From contig JAYEGE010000006.1 in assembly GCA_034658935.1 (NCBI GenBank), positions 24,912 to 88,911 of the forward strand: a stretch of 64,000 bases of DNA, written 5' to 3'. Of the stretch, positions 37,309 through 47,326 are shown in pieces. The stretch comes from Patescibacteria group bacterium. GTDB taxonomy: Bacteria > Patescibacteriota > Minisyncoccia > Phycocordibacterales > JACOZG01. The position numbers and the translations under genes were made by a program. Position 1 is the stretch's first letter; each line of letters starts with the position of its first letter. The notes beneath the pieces were generated by a model. It saw nothing but the letters and a program-made list of their open reading frames with translations. It made no database searches and had not been told where the DNA came from.

Positions 37309-37482
37309 AAACGATAATTTTATTTGAATAACGATATTTATCTTAATCAACTTATACCTTTTTGTTAACGGCTCGGTCAAAATTCTAGTTTTGTACTCCC
37401 CAAAGCCTTATTTTACGGGCTCCATATTTAAAAAACTGTCAGGAATATTGACAAAGTAGAGAGTAAGTTCATACTTAATTGG

Positions 37483-38193
37483 ATGTATAAACTTGGACTA
37501 AGCGAGAAGGCATTGGATCTATATAAAGCCGCTATCGAGAGTGGTGTAACCACTGTCGCCCATTTGGCGCAGGTGACAGGGATTAAAAGGCCGACTGCCT
37601 ATATGCAATTAGAAGAACTTATCACCGCCGGTTTAATGGAGAAGGTGAAAATAAATAAAAAGACCTACTTTAAGGCCTCGGACCCTAAAGTGTTGTCAGA
37701 TAGATTAGCTGAAGACAAAAACCTGATCGAACAATTAAGTATTAAATATCAAGAGGGGCTTCTCCATTTGGGCCAGCCTCAAGCAAGAGTCTTAGAGGGG
37801 GTTTCTCACATTAAGGAGCTATATAAAGAAGTAGGAGAGGCGAACAGTATCCGAATATGGTCAAATGTTGGGGAAATATACCATCTTTTTAGTGATGCAT
37901 ATCAAAAATTGGCTGAGCAAGTACGTCAAAATGAGATAAATACTAGAGAAATTATTGCTAGCGGTAAGGCGTCTATGAGGTATGCGAAATATCTGAAACA
38001 AATTGCTGGGCCAACTTATAGCTTTCGGGCATCAACTTTTAAAGATATTGAGAATGACACGATCGTCTTTGGTAATTGTGTGGCGATTTTTAGGTTACAT
38101 GAGAAGAATATCTTTGCCGTCAGAATAGAAGATAGCTCCATTGCCAAAACCTTCAGAGCTATCTTCGATATGTCTTGGGGCGGCCTTAAATAA
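37483..38193 (+). CDS. TrmB-like HTH transcriptional regulator
   Basis: 236 aa with an N-terminal winged HTH (VTTVAHLAQVTGIKRPTAYMQLEELITAGLMEK). Confidence 0.6.
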   Translation: MYKLGLSEKALDLYKAAIESGVTTVAHLAQVTGIKRPTAYMQLEELITAGLMEKVKINKKTYFKASDPKVLSDRLAEDKNLIEQLSIKYQEGLLHLGQPQARVLEGVSHIKELYKEVGEANSIRIWSNVGEIYHLFSDAYQKLAEQVRQNEINTREIIASGKASMRYAKYLKQIAGPTYSFRASTFKDIENDTIVFGNCVAIFRLHEKNIFAVRIEDSSIAKTFRAIFDMSWGGLK

Positions 38194-38215
38194 ATTTGGA
38201 CACCGGGTGTCCAAA

Positions 38216-38217
<2 letters not shown>
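38193..38217. repeat. REP palindrome AATTTGGACACCGGGTGTCCAAATT
   Basis: Perfect palindrome between convergent genes. Confidence 0.9.
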
Positions 38218-39832
<1,615 letters not shown>

Positions 39833-39844
39833 GTAGGAGTGGTT

Positions 39845-40222
39845 CTATTTTAGAGTGTCTTCTTTGTCGAGGTGTTGCGTGCAAGTTCTAGCAGCTGGAT
39901 TGGCCTGAAGCCGATCTTCTTCGATGTCTTGATCACTGACTTCACATTTCCCATAGGTACCCTGGTCGATTTTCTCTAGAGCTAGGTCGATATTCTTGAG
40001 TCGCTTAACTAGCGCTGACTCGGTAGCCTGTCGCTCTTCCATATCTTCTATTTCATCTGCTACCTCATCGCGGAACTCAATGTCGGTCTCATCCTCGATT
40101 GGCTTAGGGAGCCAACGTCCGTTCTCTAGTTTGTAGCCGATTTTGGATAATGAGGTCTCTATTTCCTGCTTTTCAACTCGCAGCTTCTCCTCCTCCTCAA
40201 AGTTTTTGGTGTCTAACGTCAT
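39845..40222 (-). CDS. DksA/TraR-family zinc-finger-like protein
   Basis: 125 aa acidic coiled-coil with a C-terminal GTYGKCEVSDQDIEEDRLQANPAARTC (DksA/TraR C4-type region, partially degenerate). Confidence 0.6.
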   Translation of the reverse strand: MTLDTKNFEEEEKLRVEKQEIETSLSKIGYKLENGRWLPKPIEDETDIEFRDEVADEIEDMEERQATESALVKRLKNIDLALEKIDQGTYGKCEVSDQDIEEDRLQANPAARTCTQHLDKEDTLK

Positions 40223-40260
40223 ATAGGGCCATTGTAGAAACTCAGGCCCCCTGTGTCAAA

Positions 40261-41466
40261 TTAAGATGCCCCGGTGATAAAGCGTTGGAAGATAGTATCA
40301 AAAGCGCCCTCACTAGTGGTGATTAAGATATGATTTTGATCGAGGAAGACGTAGAGCAGGAGTACGTCTCCATCTGGGTTGGTTAGGAGGCGAATATCTT
40401 TATTGCGTATTCGTTTGTCACTGAAATTGGGGGTAATAGCGGGTGGCTGGCGCTCGCCGCTATAGAGGAGCGGCAATAGATCGGTTAGCATCTTATCTTC
40501 CCATTCAATGAAGCCGGCGTAGGCTTGCTCGTGGATGTTACTTTCTAAAATAAGGAAGCGTGAAGTGCGCCCCTCATCATGGTAAACACCAAAACTAAAC
40601 TCAGGGTTAAGGTTGCGGCTGAGTCTATTGCTTATTCCTAAGTCGAAGGTCTGCCTGAGGGCATTAAAAGTTAAGAGAGATTGGCCGCGAAGGAAATAAA
40701 TAGTTTTAACATACAATTGGTCTGATTCTATTAGGTCAGCCTCGGTATCGAGTGAGGCCTTCGGCACCTCGATCCCTTGGCCTAGGCCTAAGGGCTTATT
40801 GTATTCGGAGAAAATGAGGGAGTCTGGCGATGGGGTGGGGGCTGGCGTTACGGGGCCAGTGTCCGTTGCCGGCCAGGACATGTAGGCTACTATACCGCCA
40901 CCGATAATTAAAATGATTACGATGATTAATAACCAAGGCGTCTTTCTATTGGAACGTATTTTAGTTGTTTGCTGCAGCCCTTTTGTTTTCCGTTTTTGCT
41001 CTGATAGAGCAATCTTTACTGCTGAAACATCCCGATTCTTTACTGCCCGAGCAAAGTCTCGAGTATAAGTACGGATAGGGCTAAGGGTAGAGCCAGAATT
41101 CTTCAATTGCTCAATCTTCTCCTGGCTCGTTTGGATTTTAGATACCCGCTTCTGCTTAGCTTTAGCCGCTGTCTCACTTACTCGGCGTTTCTCGATCAGT
41201 ACCGCTTCTTCTTGGCGTTTCTTGTTTTCAGCCTGCCGTTTGCGTTTGGCCTCCAGAGTCGCCTGGGTGGTAGCCTTGCGCCCAGCTATTTGCTCGTTTG
41301 TCTCTCGGCGCCGTTTTTGCTCGGAGCTCTCCATTGCGTGGCGTGCATCTTGGCGCCGCTTGGTTAGGTCAGAGAGTTCCTTTTCTAAATTGGCGTAGCG
41401 CTCTTCACCAGCCAGAGCCTTGCGCGCTGCGTCTCGCTTTGATTCACCGGGGTCGGCCTTCGTCAT
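40261..41466 (-). CDS. hypothetical membrane-anchored protein
   Basis: 401 aa with a Lys/Arg/Glu-rich cytoplasmic N-terminal region, a single TM (WLLIIVIILIIGGGIVAYM), and an extracytoplasmic C-terminal domain. Confidence 0.5.
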   Translation of the reverse strand: MTKADPGESKRDAARKALAGEERYANLEKELSDLTKRRQDARHAMESSEQKRRRETNEQIAGRKATTQATLEAKRKRQAENKKRQEEAVLIEKRRVSETAAKAKQKRVSKIQTSQEKIEQLKNSGSTLSPIRTYTRDFARAVKNRDVSAVKIALSEQKRKTKGLQQTTKIRSNRKTPWLLIIVIILIIGGGIVAYMSWPATDTGPVTPAPTPSPDSLIFSEYNKPLGLGQGIEVPKASLDTEADLIESDQLYVKTIYFLRGQSLLTFNALRQTFDLGISNRLSRNLNPEFSFGVYHDEGRTSRFLILESNIHEQAYAGFIEWEDKMLTDLLPLLYSGERQPPAITPNFSDKRIRNKDIRLLTNPDGDVLLLYVFLDQNHILITTSEGAFDTIFQRFITGAS

Positions 41467-41470
41467 AGCT

Positions 41471-42064
41471 CTATACTCCCCCCTCAGCTTTTAATTGGTC
41501 TTCTAGTCGGTGGAGTTTGTCCTCTTCATCCAAAAGTTGGCGATAGAGAGTCGTGTTCTCATTGACTGTAACTTCGATCTTGCTGAGCTTCTCCTCCTCA
41601 CCCCATTTTCTCTTTTCGACCTCCTTACGTTTGTCTTGTACGTCCCAACGTTTCTTCTCTACTACCTGTTTCTCGCTTGCGACTCCGATCTTCTGCTCCT
41701 CTGCTTCTAAGGCCGCCTCCTCTGCTTCGGTCTTTTTTTCTTCTGCTAAGATTGGATCTACAATTGTCCTAATTTGACGTCGGGCATTATCTAAATCTAT
41801 CCAAGCTAATTCCAGTTTTTCCTTCTCGGCCGCTATTTCCGCTAAACGTTTACCGACCTCACTTAATTTATTTTTAAGCTCTCTTGATTTGGTTTCAGCC
41901 TCACGCTTGGTTGTCCACTCAGCGCCCTCCATGGCACGTTGAGCTTCTTGTCGCTTATCTTCTTGTGTTGACTCCGGTTTATCCTGAGGCTTGTCCTCAG
42001 TAGGAGCTGTAGTTTTGTCGTCTGCCATGGCCAATATTATAAAACAAGACGTCCGACGACCCAA
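41471..42064 (-). CDS. hypothetical charged coiled-coil protein
   Basis: 197 aa, strongly charged (E/K/R-rich). Confidence 0.45.
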   Translation of the reverse strand: MGRRTSCFIILAMADDKTTAPTEDKPQDKPESTQEDKRQEAQRAMEGAEWTTKREAETKSRELKNKLSEVGKRLAEIAAEKEKLELAWIDLDNARRQIRTIVDPILAEEKKTEAEEAALEAEEQKIGVASEKQVVEKKRWDVQDKRKEVEKRKWGEEEKLSKIEVTVNENTTLYRQLLDEEDKLHRLEDQLKAEGGV

Positions 42065-42078
42065 GCTCTTGGGTTAGA

Positions 42079-42660
42079 TCAGGACGCTTTTTTGGTTGTT
42101 AGAGTAGTTCGAGTGTTGGTTCGTCTGCTATTGGGGCGGCGCTGTTTGGTGCCGTTACCGAGTAGATAACGTTTAGTGTTCTCGCCAAGATCGATGAAAT
42201 CGTCTGTTGCCTCCTTTAATTTTCCAGAAGTACTTTTGCCGAAGGCGATCACCTCTACCTGATTACCGCTATTTATTTTCAAATATTCCACTAGGGGGAC
42301 GAAGTCACCATCTCCGGAGGCAATAATGATGGTGTCTACCTTAGAGGCTATCTTGATGGCGTCGACAGCTAAGCCAACGTCCCAATCGGCCTTCTTGGCT
42401 CCGCCGGGGAAGATTTGCAGGTCTTTAGTTTTAACCTCGATGCCCATCTTACCCATTGCCTCCATGAAGGCCTTCTCTTCCCCACTCTCAGTGGTGACCA
42501 TGTAGGCCACTGCTCGAACTAAATTACGGTCAGCGACTGCGTCTTTAAGGATGGCGTCAAAATTAACCCGTGCTCCATATAGATTCTTGGCACAATGGTA
42601 TAGATTCTGAGTATCGATAAAGACCGCCACACGCTGGCCTTGATGTTTGATTATGCTCAT
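42079..42660 (-). CDS. NYN/LabA-like domain protein
   Basis: 193 aa; VAVFIDTQNLYH...ASGDGDFVPLV matches the NYN (DUF88) nuclease-like fold. Confidence 0.7.
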   Translation of the reverse strand: MSIIKHQGQRVAVFIDTQNLYHCAKNLYGARVNFDAILKDAVADRNLVRAVAYMVTTESGEEKAFMEAMGKMGIEVKTKDLQIFPGGAKKADWDVGLAVDAIKIASKVDTIIIASGDGDFVPLVEYLKINSGNQVEVIAFGKSTSGKLKEATDDFIDLGENTKRYLLGNGTKQRRPNSRRTNTRTTLTTKKAS

Positions 42661-42690
42661 AGTAAATTAATTAAATTCCAAACTCGAGCC

Positions 42691-42942
42691 TTATTTTTTG
42701 GACTTTGAGCTTTGGCTTTTGGACTTCTTGCTCCCCAGGTACTTCTCGTGACGACGACGTTGGGCCACCATCTTTAAGAGGCCGCGGCGTGTATGTTCGT
42801 CTTTGGCGTTCTTTTTCAAATGTTTAGTAACTTCGCTAATTCGCTCATTCAAAACTGCCACCTGCACTGACGAAGAACCAGTGTCCTTGTCGTGCTTGCG
42901 ACTCTTCTTTATTAAAGCTTGTTTCTTTTCCATCTTAATCAT
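42691..42942 (-). CDS. rpsO: 30S ribosomal protein S15
   Basis: 83 aa; [38 protein letters not shown] matches the S15 core, with a Lys/Ser-rich C-terminal tail. Confidence 0.85.
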   Translation of the reverse strand: MIKMEKKQALIKKSRKHDKDTGSSSVQVAVLNERISEVTKHLKKNAKDEHTRRGLLKMVAQRRRHEKYLGSKKSKSQSSKSKK

Positions 42943-42992
42943 ACAATGGATACTAGCATAAAAAGATTATAAAAGCAAGGGTCAATTTATCT

Positions 42993-43907
42993 ATGAAACA
43001 ATATCAACGCTTTTTGGGGGTTGCCGTAGCATTAGCGGTAGTTTGGGCCCTAATATCTAGCGATGGCCATCCTGGGCTGGTCCCGCAGGAGCAATTAGGC
43101 CAGGCGGCTTTGTCTTCACCCCGTACTGTGTTTAGAGGTAGCCACTTTGGATCAGTCTTGCAAGGACAATCAGAACAAATGGCTCCAACTTCACTTCTCT
43201 CCGCCCTTTATACATTTGACGATGCTTATCCTGAATTAGTTCCGTACGAACAATATGAGCAGTCGGGTCAGGTAGTTTTGGCTCCACCTGCTGTAGCGCA
43301 ATTGACGTGCAATAAAACCGAGAGCAATACCGGGAGCATCCCTGTGCGCATTTACAGTGTTTGGGCTTATAAGGCAGAGGCCGAGAGGCTTATAAAAGAT
43401 GCCCTAGCCAAACAGATAGAGTTGCAGGCTTGGTTAGACAGTAAAATTTGTGCAAAACCCTGTGTGAAAACCACTACTGGACCAACAACAGTGATCCACA
43501 TAGACCCTGTCTATACCAATCCTTCTACCTGCCCAAGTCCGCCGTCGCCAGCAGTACACAATCTTTTGTCTACTAAAGTCAGCAAAACCTCTTGTGTGGA
43601 GGCAGAGGCATCGGCACTACAAGGTCTTATCAAGCAAATGGGGGATTTGGCGAATCCCTGTGCGGGGTCGGGTTGTAGTCGTTATTCCCAGGCCTCTAAC
43701 ATCTCAATGGCCTGTACGACAAGTACCTACATAAATTGGCTTGGCAAAAAAAAGCCTAAATATATCGCGGTCGGCAAGGCGACGATAACTATAACTTGCG
43801 GTAAGCAGATTACCGAAACGTTTCCCACAATCAAGGGCTGGTTTGATTGGGGCGCTAGTTATACCTGCGCCCCAAGGCAAGCGCGAATAACCCCTGAGTC
43901 TTCTTGA
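42993..43907 (+). CDS. hypothetical secreted cysteine-rich protein
   Basis: 304 aa with a signal peptide and many Cys. Confidence 0.5.
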   Translation: MKQYQRFLGVAVALAVVWALISSDGHPGLVPQEQLGQAALSSPRTVFRGSHFGSVLQGQSEQMAPTSLLSALYTFDDAYPELVPYEQYEQSGQVVLAPPAVAQLTCNKTESNTGSIPVRIYSVWAYKAEAERLIKDALAKQIELQAWLDSKICAKPCVKTTTGPTTVIHIDPVYTNPSTCPSPPSPAVHNLLSTKVSKTSCVEAEASALQGLIKQMGDLANPCAGSGCSRYSQASNISMACTTSTYINWLGKKKPKYIAVGKATITITCGKQITETFPTIKGWFDWGASYTCAPRQARITPESS

Positions 43908-44004
43908 CATATTGAATAAGCGGGTGTATAATTAATACCAGAGTCATTTTCCGGCACGTTGCTGAGAAAAAGAACTTAGGACTTCGTCAACAAAAGGGAG
44001 TTGA

Positions 44005-44715
44005 GTGATGAGCGGAAATTGTTTTTTTGCGTATTGTGTTCTAGTTTTTTGTGGTTTGGCGGCCGTTTACGGCTGTGTTCACCGGCCGTTCATAGACAAT
44101 GTGCGCCCTGTCGACCCCCAATTCGAGTTCGAATTGATTGGGTTTGGGGCCGATCTGAACCTGTCTCTTTCAGACCAGGACGAGACCACAATTCTCTTCG
44201 AGGGTTTATTTGCCCAAGAAGGCAAGGTGCCACTCGAGGTTATGGTCTCAGTTGATCTGGAGCCCCTGGTTTCGGATTATCGATCCCATGACGTGACCCC
44301 TTACAGCGATCGGGTTTATATCATTAGGCCGGAGCTTGGGACGTCCGCCGTGACCTTTGAGGGAGAAGATTTTTTGCTGGTTTTGCCAGCTTTGCCAGGG
44401 GGCATCGAACGTCTTGCGCCAGCCAAGGGAACTTCTCGCGGGTTTGACCATCACATGGTGGCTTGGATTACTTCTCGCCTACTTGAGTCCTATGGCCCGC
44501 TCGAAGAAGCTGCTGCTTGTGACCCGTGTTGGATCTGGCTGTCTCTGCAAAGTGATGGTTGGGGTTTGGCAACGGGCCAACGTAACGAGCAAGGTGGCTG
44601 CCCGCCTCTACCTCACCCCCTGAAACCAGAGCTTGAACAGGAGCAGAGACCAATCGTTCCCAAGCCACCGAAGCCCGCACTAGCGCGGGCTTTTTTCTTT
44701 GGATTAATTAATTGA
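44005..44715 (+). CDS. hypothetical membrane/lipoprotein-like protein
   Basis: 236 aa with an N-terminal hydrophobic segment ending in Cys (LAAVYGC); lies in a visibly G+C-richer segment. Confidence 0.45.
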   Translation: MMSGNCFFAYCVLVFCGLAAVYGCVHRPFIDNVRPVDPQFEFELIGFGADLNLSLSDQDETTILFEGLFAQEGKVPLEVMVSVDLEPLVSDYRSHDVTPYSDRVYIIRPELGTSAVTFEGEDFLLVLPALPGGIERLAPAKGTSRGFDHHMVAWITSRLLESYGPLEEAAACDPCWIWLSLQSDGWGLATGQRNEQGGCPPLPHPLKPELEQEQRPIVPKPPKPALARAFFFGLIN

Positions 44716-44782
44716 AGAATAAAATAAGCCCCCTTCCGCGCTGTGGCGGTCGGGGGCTGTGGTTTGGAATGCGGGCGAGGGT

Positions 44783-45616
44783 CTAGGCGTCTTCAGGTTT
44801 GCCCTCTTCGGCTGCGCCGCTTTCTGTCCCGGTTGTTCCTGTCTCGGCGTCTCCAGCTCCAGATGTGGGGTCGGGATCGACCGCCTTGGTGTCGTCAGGG
44901 GTGCCTTCCTCTTTCTTCCCCCCGCTAGTTTCGAGAAGGAAGTCGGTTCGGGGGCGCCGGGCGAGACCCAAGCGGTCTAGGGTTAAATAGACTCGATGGA
45001 AACGGGCCTTGGCATCTCCGTGTAATCTCGGCCTGTTCTCGACCGCCCTCGCTTCATCGGCGAGTTCCTGAAGTGCCGCCTTTGCCCTTTTCTCTCGTGT
45101 AGGGGGGTCGGCTTCACTCATGGCACTGTAGGTCAGGTCTAGGATGAGGGCTGTTTCCTCAAGTGCTCTGGCGAATTCGTTGGCCGACTTTTTTTCGTCG
45201 TCTGTTGGGCCGTTCGTCTGGTAGTAAGCGGAGTAGCAGGAGTTAACACCAAGACCGATACATATCACTATAAACGGACAGAAAAACTGGAGGAAGGGGC
45301 TGGAAACTCCCCACCACATCATAAAGGAGGTCCAAGAAATAATAGCCCCGGCTATGTAACTGATTTGTGTCGCCCAGCGCCATCGCTGGAGTCGCTCTGC
45401 CTCCTTTTCCCAACGTTTGGTTTTTAGGGGGTCTGGGTGCCCTTTGAGCACCCAAGTCGCGAGGAAGGTGTGTGGTATCCCGTCCTTCTCGTCGATCTCC
45501 AGGATGTCTACCCCTACCGGGGAATGTACATTACCCGGTTTTCTCAACTCGTTACCCAACATGATAAGGAACTCCTTGTCTAGGCCTAAGTTTGAGGGTA
45601 GATAGCCACAAGCCAC
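44783..45616 (-). CDS. hypothetical membrane protein
   Basis: 277 aa with 2-3 TM helices and an acidic low-complexity C-terminus; G+C-rich. Confidence 0.5.
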   Translation of the reverse strand: MACGYLPSNLGLDKEFLIMLGNELRKPGNVHSPVGVDILEIDEKDGIPHTFLATWVLKGHPDPLKTKRWEKEAERLQRWRWATQISYIAGAIISWTSFMMWWGVSSPFLQFFCPFIVICIGLGVNSCYSAYYQTNGPTDDEKKSANEFARALEETALILDLTYSAMSEADPPTREKRAKAALQELADEARAVENRPRLHGDAKARFHRVYLTLDRLGLARRPRTDFLLETSGGKKEEGTPDDTKAVDPDPTSGAGDAETGTTGTESGAAEEGKPEDA

Positions 45617-45706
45617 CTACCCCCTGCTATTAAGGCCATTTTCACAGTACTGCCGTGATCCTACACTATTGTGAGAGTTTTGTCAATGTGGTCGGACGGG
45701 TAGCCA

Positions 45707-45753
45707 CTTGGACACTAAGTGTCACACTCCCAGACACTCAGTGTCCAAGTGGC
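45707..45753. repeat. composite double-REP element ACTTGGACAC-TAA-GTGTCACACTCCCAGACAC-TCA-GTGTCCAAGT
   Basis: Two REP half-palindromes fused through an ACTCCCAGACAC core. The same architecture occurs at 54131 and, inverted, at 59328. Confidence 0.8.
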
Positions 45754-45791
45754 TTACAAAAGTGTCGGAGGGTGTATAGCGGAGTATCCAT

Positions 45792-45839
45792 GTTGTTAAA
45801 CACCGGGTGTTTAACAAAGTTGCGACGTCGCAACTTTGT
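45792..45839. repeat. two adjacent perfect palindromes TTGTTAAACACCGGGTGTTTAACAA and CAAAGTTGCGACGTCGCAACTTTG
   Basis: Perfect inverted repeats read directly. The first belongs to the AAACAC-NNN-GTGTTT family seen at 6859. Confidence 0.75.
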
Positions 45840-45850
45840 GCAACGGAAAC

Positions 45851-45884
45851 AAAAAAGCCTCGATTCACTAAAGTGAATCGAGGC
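45851..45884 (-). terminator. terminator hairpin oriented for a minus-strand transcript
   Basis: AAAAAA followed by GCCTCGATTCACTAAAGTGAATCGAGGC. On the minus strand the hairpin is followed by a U-run. Confidence 0.55.
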
Positions 45885-45905
45885 CGGGACTCTCCTTGGA
45901 GAGCC

Positions 45906-46100
45906 TTACGATGTCCTCGCCCGGTCCTGCAGAATAGCCAGCAATCTCTTTTTGGCCGCCCTTCCGTGGAGCCATGAACTCTGTTCCAAGCGGACAATCT
46001 GGCTAACTCCCTTGTCTGAACCATCCCCCGACATTTGAGCTAGAGCCAACACGCTTACTCCGCTCGCCCTTCTGCGCCGCATCAATTTCTTGCCTCCCAC
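45906..46100 (-). CDS. candidate small basic protein (64 aa)
   Basis: GTG start preceded by GGAGG at a 7-nt spacing; the ORF ends 20 nt before the 45851-45884 terminator. No homology was recognised. Confidence 0.3.
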   Translation of the reverse strand: MGGKKLMRRRRASGVSVLALAQMSGDGSDKGVSQIVRLEQSSWLHGRAAKKRLLAILQDRARTS

Positions 46101-46227
46101 TTGCGTACCTCCCTGCGTTATTGCAACTCTACCGTGTCATCATTTACCGATAGGCACCTCTCTGGCGCGAAAGAGAAATATAACATCAAATGATTTGTAG
46201 TACAATAGTAGGGTCGCACAATATCTT

Positions 46228-47139
46228 ATGGTCAAAGATTTAAAACAATTAAAGGGGCAGTTTTTAGAATATTTAGAGATTGAACGTGGGCGGAGTCTAT
46301 TGACTGTCGCTAATTACGATCGCTATCTCCAGCGCTTTTTTGACCACAGCAAAGTGAAGTCGCCCTCTGATATCAACGATGAGGCGGTTAGGAAATTTAG
46401 GTTGTGGTTAAATCGCTTACCCGGCGACAAAATGGTGACAGGTAGTTTAAAGAAGAATACCCAGAATTATTATTTAATCGCCTTGCGCACTTTCCTTAAG
46501 TATTTGGCCAAGATGGACATTAAGTCTTTGCCGCCAGAGCGGATTGAGTTAGCTAAGACACCCGCCCGAGAACTAGATTTGATCAGTGGTGATGAGCTAG
46601 GGCGGCTGCTCAAGGCGCCAGATGGTAAGGCTGAGAAGGACTTGCGCGATAAGGCTATCTTGGAACTCCTTTTCTCTACTGGCCTGCGTGTTTCAGAGCT
46701 ATGCGGGTTAGACACTGGTACTGTGGATTTAAAGAAGACGGAGTTCACAGTCCGGGGCAAGGGCGATAAGGTGCGGCTGGTCTTCGTCTCCCCTGCCGCT
46801 AAGACCGCTCTTAAGAATTATCTGGGGGCCAGGCGAGATATGAGTGATGCCCTCTTTGTAAATATTGGTGATGAACCAGGCCGCCTAACCCCTCGGAGTA
46901 TCGAGCGCCTAATTAAGTTCCACGCTGTTAAAGCGGGCATTACTAAGAAGGTCACCCCGCACGTTATTCGGCATAGTTTCGCCACTGACCTACTCCGTAA
47001 CGGTGCTGATATCCGCTCTGTCCAGATGATGCTTGGCCACGCCGATATCTCCACTACTCAAATCTATACTCACGTTACCGACCAGCACCTAAAAGATATC
47101 CACAAGGATTTTCATAACAATCCCAAATCAGATTCTTGA
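46228..47139 (+). CDS. tyrosine site-specific recombinase XerC/XerD family
   Basis: 303 aa with an N-terminal SAM-like domain and catalytic-domain motifs R...HVIRHSFAT...LGHADISTTQIYTHV (R-H-R-Y tetrad). Confidence 0.88.
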   Translation: MVKDLKQLKGQFLEYLEIERGRSLLTVANYDRYLQRFFDHSKVKSPSDINDEAVRKFRLWLNRLPGDKMVTGSLKKNTQNYYLIALRTFLKYLAKMDIKSLPPERIELAKTPARELDLISGDELGRLLKAPDGKAEKDLRDKAILELLFSTGLRVSELCGLDTGTVDLKKTEFTVRGKGDKVRLVFVSPAAKTALKNYLGARRDMSDALFVNIGDEPGRLTPRSIERLIKFHAVKAGITKKVTPHVIRHSFATDLLRNGADIRSVQMMLGHADISTTQIYTHVTDQHLKDIHKDFHNNPKSDS

Positions 47140-47296
47140 GTTATCCACATGCAAGGTATTGCGCTATAGGACATAGCGGATATAATAAAGGACAGATATG
47201 ATTTGGTCATTAACGGAGCATCCGGCCCGGAGTGTCTTTTAAAACAAAAAGAGCCCATCTCTCCACCTTGGACACCCCTCTGGCCGCACTCTTTGC

Positions 47297-47324
47297 CACC
47301 CTCATAAGGGTGGTTTGTTTTTTG
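47297..47324 (+). terminator. rho-independent terminator after xerC/D-like gene
   Basis: Hairpin CCACCCTCATAAGGGTGG followed by TTTGTTTTTT. Confidence 0.6.
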
Positions 47325-47326
47325 TC

